Source of the DNA: Candidatus Hermodarchaeota archaeon | Lineage (GTDB): Archaea > Asgardarchaeota > Hermodarchaeia > Hermodarchaeales > Hermodarchaeaceae | Assembly: GCA_016839365.1 (NCBI GenBank) | Contig: JAEOUH010000068.1 | Coordinates: 1-44,087 of the forward strand | Length of the DNA: 44,087 nt | Reading direction: 5' to 3' | Shown here: positions 35,001 to 44,087 of the stretch, in pieces | Position numbering within the stretch: position 1 is the stretch's first letter | Layout: every line of letters begins with the position of its first letter | Notes under the pieces: generated by a model | The model's input: the letters and a program-made list of their open reading frames with translations, nothing else | What the model was told of the DNA's origin: nothing | Databases searched by the model: none | Program-made: the position numbers and the translations under genes

Positions 35001-36887
35001 TTAGCCTTGTAGGCTTATAGTTCCAAGATGGCTGAGGTCATTTAGATCATACATTGAGATGGTGAAGAAGGAGATCGTATAGAGAACATCACCAATGTAG
35101 AGTGACCGGTACACGAAGGGCGTTGTTGGGTACCAGTTCCATACTCCAATCCAATCAAGATACCAGCTTTCGTACAGATTGTAAACTGAGGGATTAGTAA
35201 TATCAGACAATTGACCGCGTACTGTAATCGTAGCATTATCTGGATTGATATAAAAAACATAAACTCCAGCCCAAATAAAGTCACCAAGTTGTGAAGTGGA
35301 GTCTGGAGGTCCTGAGGTGTATTCACGAAGATATATCGGGATTACTAGTAAATTCATTTCTGGGTCACAAAGAACAGCATGATGGTCATAAAGAGCCGGA
35401 GACGTGGTTCCACGCACACCGATAATCATGTTTGCGGTTTCTTGTGGATCGCTTGGGTCTGTGGCATTAAATAGGCTTATTTTCATTCCAGTATACCACC
35501 ACCACGACCCTGAACCTGCTATAGTTACATTTTTTCCCAACCCCAAGAGCTGATTATTTCCTAAGGGGTGCAGGTAGTTAGAATATCCTGGAATATGCAG
35601 TTCTCCAAGAAGTTGGGGATTGGTTGCCTGAGTTAAATCGATGACAAACAAGGGGTCAGTCAATTCGAAGGTCACAAGGTATCCGGTTGGACCGATAAAC
35701 CTGACAGAATAAATCATTTCATCGGGAGCCAATCCTTCAAGGTGACCCACACGGCTCATAGTCATATTCAGCACATAGACATTGCTAACCTGCTGGATAT
35801 CCCATCCATAAGGATTCGACATATTCAGCCATGCAGTGGTAGCCACTCGGAGATGATTGTCAAATTCATCTAAGGCAAACTGGTTGATAAGGTAACCTGG
35901 CACCTCTCCACTAGCAACATATTCGGCTCTACCTTCGGCAATAGTGAAACGATGAATGGCCGTTTTTCTATCGGTCCACCAGCCAAACCATGGGTAGTGA
36001 GCTGAGGCAATATACAGGTTTGTAAGTGAAGTGTAGATCACACCGGCTCGTTGTCCGGTAAGAATAGTTTCTACGTTCGGGTTTGCATCTGAATCTGTGA
36101 CATCCAAACCTAAGATGGAGTTGTAATAGAATATCCTATCATATATTCCTGGGTCATAATAGATGTTCCAAGGAAGGATTATCATTGACTCATAGTCGAT
36201 AATAAATTCCGGAAGATGAAAAGTATCATTTTCATCAATTGGGTACGAATACCCAACAAAGTACAGATACTGACCTATAAGACGTGCACTACGGTAATAC
36301 CCATTATATGTAATCAGTCGTGTTCGCACCACATTATTGGGGTTCGAAACGTCGAAGATTTCAATGGTTTGATTTCCCCAATTAACTCGGCTCAGAATTA
36401 CCAGCCTAGAAGATTCGTACAAAAATATTGCCTGTGGAGTGCCTATAGATTTAATTTCATTAATTATCTGGGCGCTCTCGGAAGGGTAAGCTTGCACAAC
36501 AAATACGGCATCATTTGAAATTGAATAGATGTATAATCCATCTGTTTTCACTAAATCGGGTTCATCTACTCCTTCAACCTGGACATTTGTTTCTGAATGA
36601 GGGGGAGGTTGATTTGCTACACCATAACCAAGACCTGCAAGCGAAGCAGACGATTCGATTTCTCCCGAATAGTACCAAATGTAATCTTCAGCATAATGTG
36701 TATCGAAGTAATCGAGTATATGTTGGATTGATTTGAATTGATACAATTTTCCTGGAGGTGGATATTCAAAGTGTATCGGTCCTTGTTGAATCGGTAAGAC
36801 GATGGATAAAGATGCCACGATTAGAATAGTGGCAAAGAACGCGGTAGTAACAATCTTAACAGTACCTCTTGTGTTGTCCCCAGGCAT
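35001..36887 (-). CDS. Secreted/anchored beta-propeller domain protein
   Basis: N-terminal TM, SETNVQVEGVDEPDLVKTDG, NQFALDE, DPLFVIDL, GELHIPGYSNYLHP. Confidence 0.9.
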   Translation of the reverse strand: MPGDNTRGTVKIVTTAFFATILIVASLSIVLPIQQGPIHFEYPPPGKLYQFKSIQHILDYFDTHYAEDYIWYYSGEIESSASLAGLGYGVANQPPPHSETNVQVEGVDEPDLVKTDGLYIYSISNDAVFVVQAYPSESAQIINEIKSIGTPQAIFLYESSRLVILSRVNWGNQTIEIFDVSNPNNVVRTRLITYNGYYRSARLIGQYLYFVGYSYPIDENDTFHLPEFIIDYESMIILPWNIYYDPGIYDRIFYYNSILGLDVTDSDANPNVETILTGQRAGVIYTSLTNLYIASAHYPWFGWWTDRKTAIHRFTIAEGRAEYVASGEVPGYLINQFALDEFDNHLRVATTAWLNMSNPYGWDIQQVSNVYVLNMTMSRVGHLEGLAPDEMIYSVRFIGPTGYLVTFELTDPLFVIDLTQATNPQLLGELHIPGYSNYLHPLGNNQLLGLGKNVTIAGSGSWWWYTGMKISLFNATDPSDPQETANMIIGVRGTTSPALYDHHAVLCDPEMNLLVIPIYLREYTSGPPDSTSQLGDFIWAGVYVFYINPDNATITVRGQLSDITNPSVYNLYESWYLDWIGVWNWYPTTPFVYRSLYIGDVLYTISFFTISMYDLNDLSHLGTISLQG

Positions 36888-36991
36888 ACAGACTCAGCCC
36901 TCCGTTGTAATGGTATTTACTTTTACTCTTGACCTTATATGTAATGGTAAAGGCACTGATGATTTGCCAAATTAGTGGTTGACACTGTTCA

Positions 36992-37312
36992 TTATTTCGC
37001 AGATGCCTGGACCTTCTCTTTGACGGTTTCACGGGTGTCATTATCGAGGACGGTTGTATAGCTCTTATAGCCCGGGAGGCCAGTAGTGATTTCTTCGATG
37101 AGAAGCATCAGAGCTTTTTCGGTATCTAGGTCGCGAACTTCTAGGCTCGCATCATCAAAGATGAAACTGGCTTCTTTCCATTTCCCTTCTCCGACTTGAA
37201 ACATCATATAAAGGTAGTCATCAGTCATTACGATGGCTGATTTTACTTTCCACGCTTCTTCGAGTAGTTCAAGAGCTTTGTTTGCGTTCTCCTCTTTGCT
37301 CATTAGCATCAC
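36992..37312 (-). CDS. Hypothetical protein
   Basis: 106-aa ORF co-oriented downstream of endA. Confidence 0.65.
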   Translation of the reverse strand: MMLMSKEENANKALELLEEAWKVKSAIVMTDDYLYMMFQVGEGKWKEASFIFDDASLEVRDLDTEKALMLLIEEITTGLPGYKSYTTVLDNDTRETVKEKVQASAK

Positions 37313-37382
37313 GTCAGTGTAAATGAACTCTACAATGCCTCATAAAAATCCAGTGGTTAATTTTTGGAGGGTTGTATTATCT

Positions 37383-37943
37383 TTAGGGTTTGTGCCAACT
37401 AAACACGAAATAACGGACCTTCCCTGATTCAGCAGCGGTTGCTAACACAAACCGTTTGCGCACCGAAGTCGCCAACCTGCCAGCTCGTACAACCTCAATG
37501 GCGGAGACTTCGTCGGATTTGGCAATTACTTCAACGATGAATAGAGAGTGATCAATTCCTGGCCCACGACGATATACAGCAAAGTCAGCGCCAAATTTGA
37601 GGCCAGGTCGGACGATGAAGCCCCGTTTTCGCAGATCTTCATAGACTTGGTATTTGCGGCTGAACTCTTTGTGCTGTTGTTCAGCAACAGCGATGAGGTC
37701 TTTTTCTTTGATGGGAACACTGGAATCTTCCATATATACCTCGATTTTTCGTTTCCGCAAAAGATGGAGGGCTTCGAAAAAGGAGAGCTGGGATGGGCGA
37801 TCGAATTCTGTTGTTTTTGGTTTGCGAATGCCTAGGGGCTTACCATAGAAGCCATCGCTGTAAAGTTTTGAACCATCTTCGGGGTTCCAGACAACGACTT
37901 TGTTTTCCACAATTTGGGCAGGAATCGGTTTATCGGTTGGCAT
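37383..37943 (-). CDS. endA: tRNA splicing endonuclease, catalytic subunit
   Basis: LSFFEALHL, VYEDLRKRG, GLKFGADFAVY, GPGIDHS, SVRK (Tyr-His-Lys triad). Confidence 0.96.
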   Translation of the reverse strand: MPTDKPIPAQIVENKVVVWNPEDGSKLYSDGFYGKPLGIRKPKTTEFDRPSQLSFFEALHLLRKRKIEVYMEDSSVPIKEKDLIAVAEQQHKEFSRKYQVYEDLRKRGFIVRPGLKFGADFAVYRRGPGIDHSLFIVEVIAKSDEVSAIEVVRAGRLATSVRKRFVLATAAESGKVRYFVFSWHKP

Positions 37944-38001
37944 CTCAACTCACATGAATCTGACTCTGGTTATCCTGTGAATGCGGAGTTTAAAAGAGGT
38001 G

Positions 38002-38682
38002 CTATGAGGTGCGGGCGATTGCGATTATGCGGACTGCGTCAGCAGCATCTTCAGCTGCATCGGCAATTTCCTCAAGGTGCTGACCCAGATCCTTTAATCT
38101 TAACAGAACGGTGATTTCAAATTTAGATCGGTACAGAAATTGGGTGAAGCTGCGATGCGCCGAGTCTGCTTCTCTTTCAGCCAAATCCACTTGTGTAGCA
38201 AACTCAACGGCTTTGTCAGAATTTTGTTCTAGGAACATGATGGCTTGGCGCATCTTATAAACAGCATCAGAAAGAGGATCGAGCATAGCTGTGAAATGCT
38301 TACGGGTCTTTTCGTCGGGCTGAAACTGTTCAAGTCCTGACAAATCCCAGGCTGAAGCTTCGCAGAGATCTGCAATATCGTCGGTACGCATCACCAGGCG
38401 GAAGTAATCGCTACGTCGCAACATTGTTTCTGAAATGGATAATTCGTCCAAGAGGGTTCGTTTAATTTGATCAGCTTCTCTTTCCAGTTTGGCGAGTTTG
38501 TTAAAGTGGTCGCGTCGTTCCTCTTTTCGTCCTTCCATCCAATCTTCAATCATCACCCGCAAGGCTTTAGCAGCCTGCAACACAATGCTGGCATGATCTT
38601 GAGCTATAGCCATGGCTTTGAATTCAGCCCGGTTCCCTGATGTTTCTAACGTCACGTTCTTGGACCTCTGAGCGTGGGTCAT
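38002..38682 (-). CDS. DUF47/PhoU-like phosphate transport regulator
   Basis: LEREADQIKR, DDIADLCE, AEREAD, LEEIADAAEDAAD; GAGGT before ATG 38682. Confidence 0.88.
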   Translation of the reverse strand: MTHAQRSKNVTLETSGNRAEFKAMAIAQDHASIVLQAAKALRVMIEDWMEGRKEERRDHFNKLAKLEREADQIKRTLLDELSISETMLRRSDYFRLVMRTDDIADLCEASAWDLSGLEQFQPDEKTRKHFTAMLDPLSDAVYKMRQAIMFLEQNSDKAVEFATQVDLAEREADSAHRSFTQFLYRSKFEITVLLRLKDLGQHLEEIADAAEDAADAVRIIAIARTS

Positions 38683-38714
38683 GTATACCTCTATTAAAGC
38701 ATATCGCCTTGACT

Positions 38715-39569
38715 TCATGGAATTGGAAACACAATTCCGGGGATTGTAAGCACTACAACGATGATGCCCAATCCAAGGCAAAAGATCCACCACGGCACCT
38801 TGACGGCATAATATCGAAGCAGAGCCAAAGTAACGATCCCCGTGAAGAAAGCGACGAGTATGAGGCTCAATAGAATGAACACGGGCAAAATGAATACAGC
38901 ACCTTCAACAATGAAGTCTAAGACAACGACCCCAAAGATTGCAGGTACACTTAATAAAAAACTCAGTCGCAGGGCTTCCTCTCGCTCAACGCCTCGTACC
39001 AGCAGCCAGGTCAACGTCAATGCGGAGCGGCTAATCCCTGGAAGCACGGCGATGCCCTGAAGCAACCCCAGTACAAAGGCTTCGCGAAGCGAAATATCCG
39101 CCAACTTGAGGTCTCCTCTTGCACCTCGCTGAAAAAATAACACGATACCAGTTATGATGAGCAGAATTCCGATTATAAGAGTAACAACACTGCCCATAAG
39201 ATACGTTACCCAGCTCTTGAGAAAGAAGTACAACGGCAAAGCAATAACAATGGTTCCGATGGTTCCCACGATGACAAACACGAACAGCGGACCAAACCAT
39301 CTTTGAGGTTCCTCGTCGGTTGCGACTGTGCTTTCGGGTCGAAGTCGCGAGTAAACTGGACTAAAAATATCCCTATGATAGAAGGCAATCACTGTGAGGG
39401 CGGTTCCCAAATGGAACCAGAAAACAAGAGATAAGACGAAAGAAGGATCAAATAGAAAGATGTTCACTCCAACAAGTAAAATTTGCCCCTCACTACTCAC
39501 AGGCAAGTACTCAAGTAGCCCCTGCATTAAGGCTAGAATCAAGAGTGGTATTATCATGGTAAACATCAC
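38715..39569 (-). CDS. uppP: Undecaprenyl(polyprenyl)-diphosphate phosphatase
   Basis: QGLLEYLPVSSEG, HLGT, QGIAVLPGISRS, SFLLSVP. Confidence 0.92.
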   Translation of the reverse strand: MMFTMIIPLLILALMQGLLEYLPVSSEGQILLVGVNIFLFDPSFVLSLVFWFHLGTALTVIAFYHRDIFSPVYSRLRPESTVATDEEPQRWFGPLFVFVIVGTIGTIVIALPLYFFLKSWVTYLMGSVVTLIIGILLIITGIVLFFQRGARGDLKLADISLREAFVLGLLQGIAVLPGISRSALTLTWLLVRGVEREEALRLSFLLSVPAIFGVVVLDFIVEGAVFILPVFILLSLILVAFFTGIVTLALLRYYAVKVPWWIFCLGLGIIVVVLTIPGIVFPIP

Positions 39570-39741
39570 TCAGGCTGGTCTTCGATGATAGCATCCTTTC
39601 CCTTTAAGACTTGTCTGATAACGCGCCAATAATCTTGACTCACCTGCATATCTGCAAAATTCCAAGGATGCGCCATTGCTTTTTTTTCAAGGGCGAATCG
39701 CTTAAAACCTGCCGTTGACAAAAGCCTGTCGAGGATTAGCT

Positions 39742-40068
39742 GTGGAACCCGAACGTCCCTCTCCAGCGGAAAGTCAAAAACTCATACTACTTCGCAAAAT
39801 GGTTGAAGATCCAGCAAAGCGCGCGATTCTACGTTGCTTAAGCGATGGACTATGGCACACTACCTCCGAGCTTGCCCGATATGCGAAAAAGGCGAACCCG
39901 GTCATCGGCTTAGTCACTGTGGGGACCATCCTAACACGGATGCAACACCAACTCAGCGAACATTTTTTGGAGCAAATGGTCCAACAAGCTGATGAAGGGG
40001 TTACTTCCTGGCGGATTGGAGTAGAGTGGTTGGATGCTGTCACAGGGCTCTTGAAAACGCCCGGATAA
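39742..40068 (+). CDS. Winged-helix DNA-binding protein
   Basis: DPAKRAILRCLSDGLWHTTSELAR (ArsR-like start) and a wing ending in WRI; GAGGA before GTG. Confidence 0.65.
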   Translation: MEPERPSPAESQKLILLRKMVEDPAKRAILRCLSDGLWHTTSELARYAKKANPVIGLVTVGTILTRMQHQLSEHFLEQMVQQADEGVTSWRIGVEWLDAVTGLLKTPG

Positions 40069-40212
40069 GGGGCGATAAATCGCTTTAGACGCGTCATTTC
40101 GAAAGAATAAAGGGATTAATACACTATTTATAAAGAAAAAGCTTTTTAATCGGTGTAAAACTTAAGTAGGAGCAGTAAGAACGGTTATTTTAGGAAAATA
40201 CCGGTGTTGCTT

Positions 40213-40452
40213 ATGCCCCGAGAAAAAACAACTCGCATCATTCCCATTGCTCCGATTGACCGACTTATTCGGAGGGCTGGAGCTGAACGTGTCAGTGAGC
40301 ACGCAGCTACTGAACTGGGCGAAGTCCTTGAGGAATTAGGCATCGAAGTCGCCACAATAGCTAAGGAACTCTCGGAGTTTGCCGGTCGAAAAACCGTCAC
40401 CCGCAGAGATGTCAAACTCGCGTATAAACAATGGAAGAAGACACGACGGTAA
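40213..40452 (+). CDS. Archaeal histone
   Basis: IPIAPIDRLIRRAGAERVS...AGRKTVTRRDVKLA. Confidence 0.95.
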   Translation: MPREKTTRIIPIAPIDRLIRRAGAERVSEHAATELGEVLEELGIEVATIAKELSEFAGRKTVTRRDVKLAYKQWKKTRR

Positions 40453-40544
40453 CGTTTCAATTCGATAACGAACAATCTTAATGCTTAAAATGGGTTTCTT
40501 GGCACAGTCATAGCTAATGCCCTATTTTTTGTAGGTGACACATC

Positions 40545-41762
40545 ATGCCCAACCAACCCTTTCGCCAAAATTTAGTCACAGACAGAACAAAGACAATCCA
40601 TTATGCAATCCGTGATGTAGTCGTAGCTGCTAAGCGACTTGAAGCATCCGGTAAACGCATCACATATTTGAATATTGGAGACCCAATTGTCTACGATTTC
40701 ACAACTCCCTCCTTTCTGATTGATGCCTTTTGTGCCGCGGCCAAGGAGGGCCACAATGGCTATTCAGCATCCGATGGCATTCCCGCGTTTCGTGAAGCAG
40801 TTGTTGACAAAGAGCAACGCATCAACCACGTATCCATCAATGCCTCTGATGTGATTGCGACAGCCGGGATATCTGAGGGAATCCAAATGATAATGGCTGC
40901 TTTGGTTCACCCAGGTTCGCAGGTCTTGATGCCTGGACCTACCTATCCTCCTTATCTCGCTTTTGTCCGGTTTTTTGAAGGCACTCCAGTGACTTATCAT
41001 TGCGTTGAGGAAAGTGGCTGGCAACCTGACATTGACGACATTCGAAACAAGATTTCAGACAAAACCGTAGCGCTGCTTCTCATTAACCCGAACAACCCCA
41101 CTGGCTCCGTTTACTCAGAGAAAGTCGTCAAGTCCATCATCGATCTTGCTGGCGAATATGGGCTTCCTCTAATTTCCGACGAAGTCTACGATCGGCTTGT
41201 CTTCGACCAAGCCCCAAAGAGCACCGCCGCCTTGGCTAAGGACGTCCCCGTCATCGGGTTCAACGGGTTATCCAAGGTATATCTCGTGCCTGGTTGGCGT
41301 ATCGGTTATATGTACTTCCACCACCCCAACAACCAACTTAACGACCTAAAAGAACACATCCTCAAGCAAGCGCGTATTCGCATCTGTACCAACGCCCCCG
41401 CTCAATATGCCGCTGCGGTTGCGCTCCGCGAAAGCGATACCTATCTTCAAGACGTCATAACCCGTCTTCGCCAACGTCGGGATATTGTCTACAAACGCTT
41501 GAATGAAATCAATGGCATCTCTACTTCAAAGCCTGAAGGGGCCTTCTACATTTTTCCATCAATCGATTTGCAGGGTCGATGGAAAACGGATGAAGCCTTT
41601 GTCATGGAGTTATTGACAGAAACAGGCGTGCTCGTCGTCCACGGATCGGGTTTTGATCCCAATTATGGCGCCAAGCACTTCCGTCTGGTTTTTCTTGCCC
41701 CACCATCCACGCTCAATTCAGCGTTAGATGAGATACAAATCTTTGTCGAAAAAAGATCCTAA
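40545..41762 (+). CDS. Class I/II PLP aminotransferase (alanine aminotransferase-like)
   Basis: LNIGDP, INPNNPTG, SDEVY, GLSKVYLVPGWRIG, PEGAFY. Confidence 0.93.
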   Translation: MPNQPFRQNLVTDRTKTIHYAIRDVVVAAKRLEASGKRITYLNIGDPIVYDFTTPSFLIDAFCAAAKEGHNGYSASDGIPAFREAVVDKEQRINHVSINASDVIATAGISEGIQMIMAALVHPGSQVLMPGPTYPPYLAFVRFFEGTPVTYHCVEESGWQPDIDDIRNKISDKTVALLLINPNNPTGSVYSEKVVKSIIDLAGEYGLPLISDEVYDRLVFDQAPKSTAALAKDVPVIGFNGLSKVYLVPGWRIGYMYFHHPNNQLNDLKEHILKQARIRICTNAPAQYAAAVALRESDTYLQDVITRLRQRRDIVYKRLNEINGISTSKPEGAFYIFPSIDLQGRWKTDEAFVMELLTETGVLVVHGSGFDPNYGAKHFRLVFLAPPSTLNSALDEIQIFVEKRS

Positions 41763-42097
41763 TCCGAATCCGAGAAATCCGGTTCTGGTTGCGAGAAACG
41801 CTGGGCTCCTGGCTGTGCTTCTGTTGCTCCAGACGCATGCATCCGCGCCTCTTGTACCATCCGCCCAATGGTCCCAAACATGCGTTCTGGTGAAAACATG
41901 GGCATTGACACGTTGTTTTGGATAGCGTTGAAGATTTCGTTATGATTGAGGTCAGTTGTTAAAGGTGTGGTTCCAATTTCCGTTGGTCCCCGAAATATCT
42001 TAACTGCCCAACGATCCCCCATTCGCCCAAGCTCCACTAGGTACGAAGTCATTGGGAGCAGGTACTTCTGCGTAACCGCCTGATATTCTTGCGACAT
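41759..42097 (-). CDS. Hypothetical protein
   Basis: ORF downstream of the coiled-coil gene; probable ATG 42097 after GAGG (track start 42181). Confidence 0.6.
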   Translation of the reverse strand: MSQEYQAVTQKYLLPMTSYLVELGRMGDRWAVKIFRGPTEIGTTPLTTDLNHNEIFNAIQNNVSMPMFSPERMFGTIGRMVQEARMHASGATEAQPGAQRFSQPEPDFSDSD

Positions 42098-42161
42098 CAA
42101 ATATCGCCTCAGATAATCGTATCCTCGTGTCTGGGCTAAAAAGGCTTTGTGCAATCTCAGT

Positions 42162-43412
42162 TTAGGTTTCGTCGGTTGCATCTTCTTGAAGTACTGCCAA
42201 AACTTCGTCGGGAAATTCGATTTGAATACTTCCCCGAAGAATTCCTGATAAGGACTTTTCTAAACGATTTTGTAGCGTGTTTAGCCGCGCTGACACCCTT
42301 TCAATCTGTTCTTGAGCGTGTGCAATTTCTGCGCCTAAATCCCGTTTCTCCCACTCCGCGCGTTCCAAAGATTTCTCCAGTTCACGGCGTTCTTCCACAG
42401 ATACCGAAGACTTCAGTTCCTCCTTCCGCGAATTTAGCGTTGAAAAACGTAAACGATACTCGTCTAACGCACCTTTCTCGACAACTTGGTTACGCCGGTC
42501 AACCACCTTGCGATTTAGGCTCGCTTTGAATGAAATCTTGTTATCCTGAATAGCGGATGCAAGCGCATTAAGCCCTGCTTTGAGTTTTGAAAGAGATTCA
42601 GTATCTCGCTGAAAGGCGTGCCACGGATCAGCGGAATATGCATCTGCCCCTTCATTGGCATCTGATGGGATCATAATCGATTGACCCGCTTCTTGGCTAA
42701 GCTTCTTAAATGGTTTCTTCAGGAAATTTAACTGGTTGGTTACCACCATTCGGATACTATCAATTTCCTTATGAATTCCGTCGATTTCCGCAAGTCCTGA
42801 GTCCATTCGAAATTGCTCAATACCATCTTGGTGCTGCTCTACTCGCCCTTCTGCTTGCTCCTTCTGTTTTTGCAGGTCCTTTAGGTCCTCGGCAAGTTTA
42901 ACCAGCTGGTGGGATCGGTCTTCTATTTCGTCAACCTCTTCTTGGATGAGCTCCAGCTGCCGAGGTAGCTTCTCCTTTTCCCAGATTTTCTTGATCTTTT
43001 GATAACCCTGATTAATTACCCGGAACTGATAGTCTAACTCCTTAATGACCCGTTTATGCACCTTAGGTAATCGGCGAATATACCGCTGGCCCGCCATCGC
43101 CACGTCACGGATATACCCTTCCAGATCTTTTAGCAGCTCTTCCACTGACGTATGGGTAATTTGCTCAGGAAACTCGACCTCCTCAAACAACGCTTTCAAG
43201 CGACCCGCCAGCTTCGACGCCGCACCCGGTACCGTCATCTCGCCATCGATAACCACTTCTTCCAACAGCTTATCCGCCGTTTCCGTCGAGCTCACCAACG
43301 CCTCTTCAATCCGGTCCATCTGCTTCTGAATATCCGTCCGGTAATTAAAGAGCAAATCCTCTGTTTGCTTTGCAAACCACGCAGGCAACTCGTACACGTC
43401 AATCGCTGACAC
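42162..43412 (-). CDS. Long coiled-coil protein
   Basis: 416 aa, extended heptads around a central helical segment, no ATPase motif. Confidence 0.8.
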   Translation of the reverse strand: MSAIDVYELPAWFAKQTEDLLFNYRTDIQKQMDRIEEALVSSTETADKLLEEVVIDGEMTVPGAASKLAGRLKALFEEVEFPEQITHTSVEELLKDLEGYIRDVAMAGQRYIRRLPKVHKRVIKELDYQFRVINQGYQKIKKIWEKEKLPRQLELIQEEVDEIEDRSHQLVKLAEDLKDLQKQKEQAEGRVEQHQDGIEQFRMDSGLAEIDGIHKEIDSIRMVVTNQLNFLKKPFKKLSQEAGQSIMIPSDANEGADAYSADPWHAFQRDTESLSKLKAGLNALASAIQDNKISFKASLNRKVVDRRNQVVEKGALDEYRLRFSTLNSRKEELKSSVSVEERRELEKSLERAEWEKRDLGAEIAHAQEQIERVSARLNTLQNRLEKSLSGILRGSIQIEFPDEVLAVLQEDATDET

Positions 43413-43536
43413 ACCGTCGTCCTCGCCACATCAAAAACCTCCATGCATTAAAAGATTACCTCAGAAGAACCTAACCCACACACCCCTCCTACACCGGTCG
43501 CCAAAAAGCTTATCAGCGCCACACCAATAAACAGAA

Positions 43537-44087
43537 ATGACGAAGCAACCACCCTGGGAAGTGCGGGCCATAATTCATAATGCAATCCTTTTCAGCATCA
43601 CCCCCCGCAAAGACGAAGTCGGTCTCCAAGCCAACGTCATATTCCGCAAACAATACTGGCGCGTCGCCGTCCCCGACAACCAAATCCGCGAATTCCTCCG
43701 CGCCTACAAAGAATTCATGAGTCACGTCCAATCCACCGACATCCCCGCCCTCCCCATCCACATCCAAGGCTGCAAATACATCTTCACCCACATAGACGAC
43801 CTCCTCCTCGTCTTCATCAGCCACATGCAAGACGAAGACAACCGCGTCGGAGAAAAAGTCAAAACTGCCCTCCGCATGCTCGTCGGTAAATATGGCACCG
43901 AACAAATCAAAGAACTTGGCCAAAGCAACAACCCCGAAGCCCTCGAAACCCTCATCGACGACTACATCATGAGCAAACTCAAAGTCAGCCTCGTCGGCGA
44001 AGGCGGCGTCGGCAAAACCACCCTCCTCCGCCTCCTCAAAGGCACCGCACCACCCACCGAATACGTCCCCACCATCGCCCTCAGCAT
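43537..44087 (+). CDS. Partial longin-like domain plus Ras-superfamily small GTPase fusion (not in ORF track)
   Basis: Manual translation: MTKQPPWEVRAIIHNAILFSI...GCKYIFTHIDDLLLVFISHMQDED...KLKVSLVGEGGVGKTTLLRLLKGTAPPTEYVPTIALS; open to the window end. Confidence 0.88.
   Translation, partial: MTKQPPWEVRAIIHNAILFSITPRKDEVGLQANVIFRKQYWRVAVPDNQIREFLRAYKEFMSHVQSTDIPALPIHIQGCKYIFTHIDDLLLVFISHMQDEDNRVGEKVKTALRMLVGKYGTEQIKELGQSNNPEALETLIDDYIMSKLKVSLVGEGGVGKTTLLRLLKGTAPPTEYVPTIALS

Noticed and set aside
42162-43412. SMC/Rad50 assignment
   Set aside because: No Walker motifs, ABC signature or CxxC hook
43513-43923. 136-aa minus-strand ORF in the track
   Set aside because: Antisense shadow of the C-rich GTPase gene, which carries clear motifs
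1-44087. CRISPR array, transposase, integrase, rRNA
   Set aside because: No spaced direct repeats or recognisable motifs seen by eye; no second copy of the tRNA 3' end suggesting an att site was noticed

Overview
Gene-dense archaeal chromosome segment, most likely from an Asgard archaeon (inferred from Roadblock proteins, an ESCRT-II-like winged helix, a longin-small GTPase fusion, eL13 and a histone). Housekeeping content: archaeal CoA operon (PoK-PPS-panE-panB-coaBC) with a divergent second PoK-like kinase plus ECF S-component, hypB, prs, LipS2-ligase-LipS1 lipoate cluster, proteasome beta, R15P isomerase back-to-back with a degenerate eIF2B-like paralog, ferredoxin plus geranylgeranyl reductase, gltX, HerA-like ATPase, SPFH protein, endA, uppP and an aminotransferase. 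Features absent from the ORF track: a tRNA-Gln(CUG) with two 25-nt introns (15/16 and 37/38), partial ORFs at both ends, a 51-aa membrane peptide and a structured intergenic element (ncRNA or 50-aa ORF). Sharp C-rich to G-rich skew switches occur inside genes. No CRISPR array or mobile element was seen. All family calls come from motif recognition by eye, not database searches.
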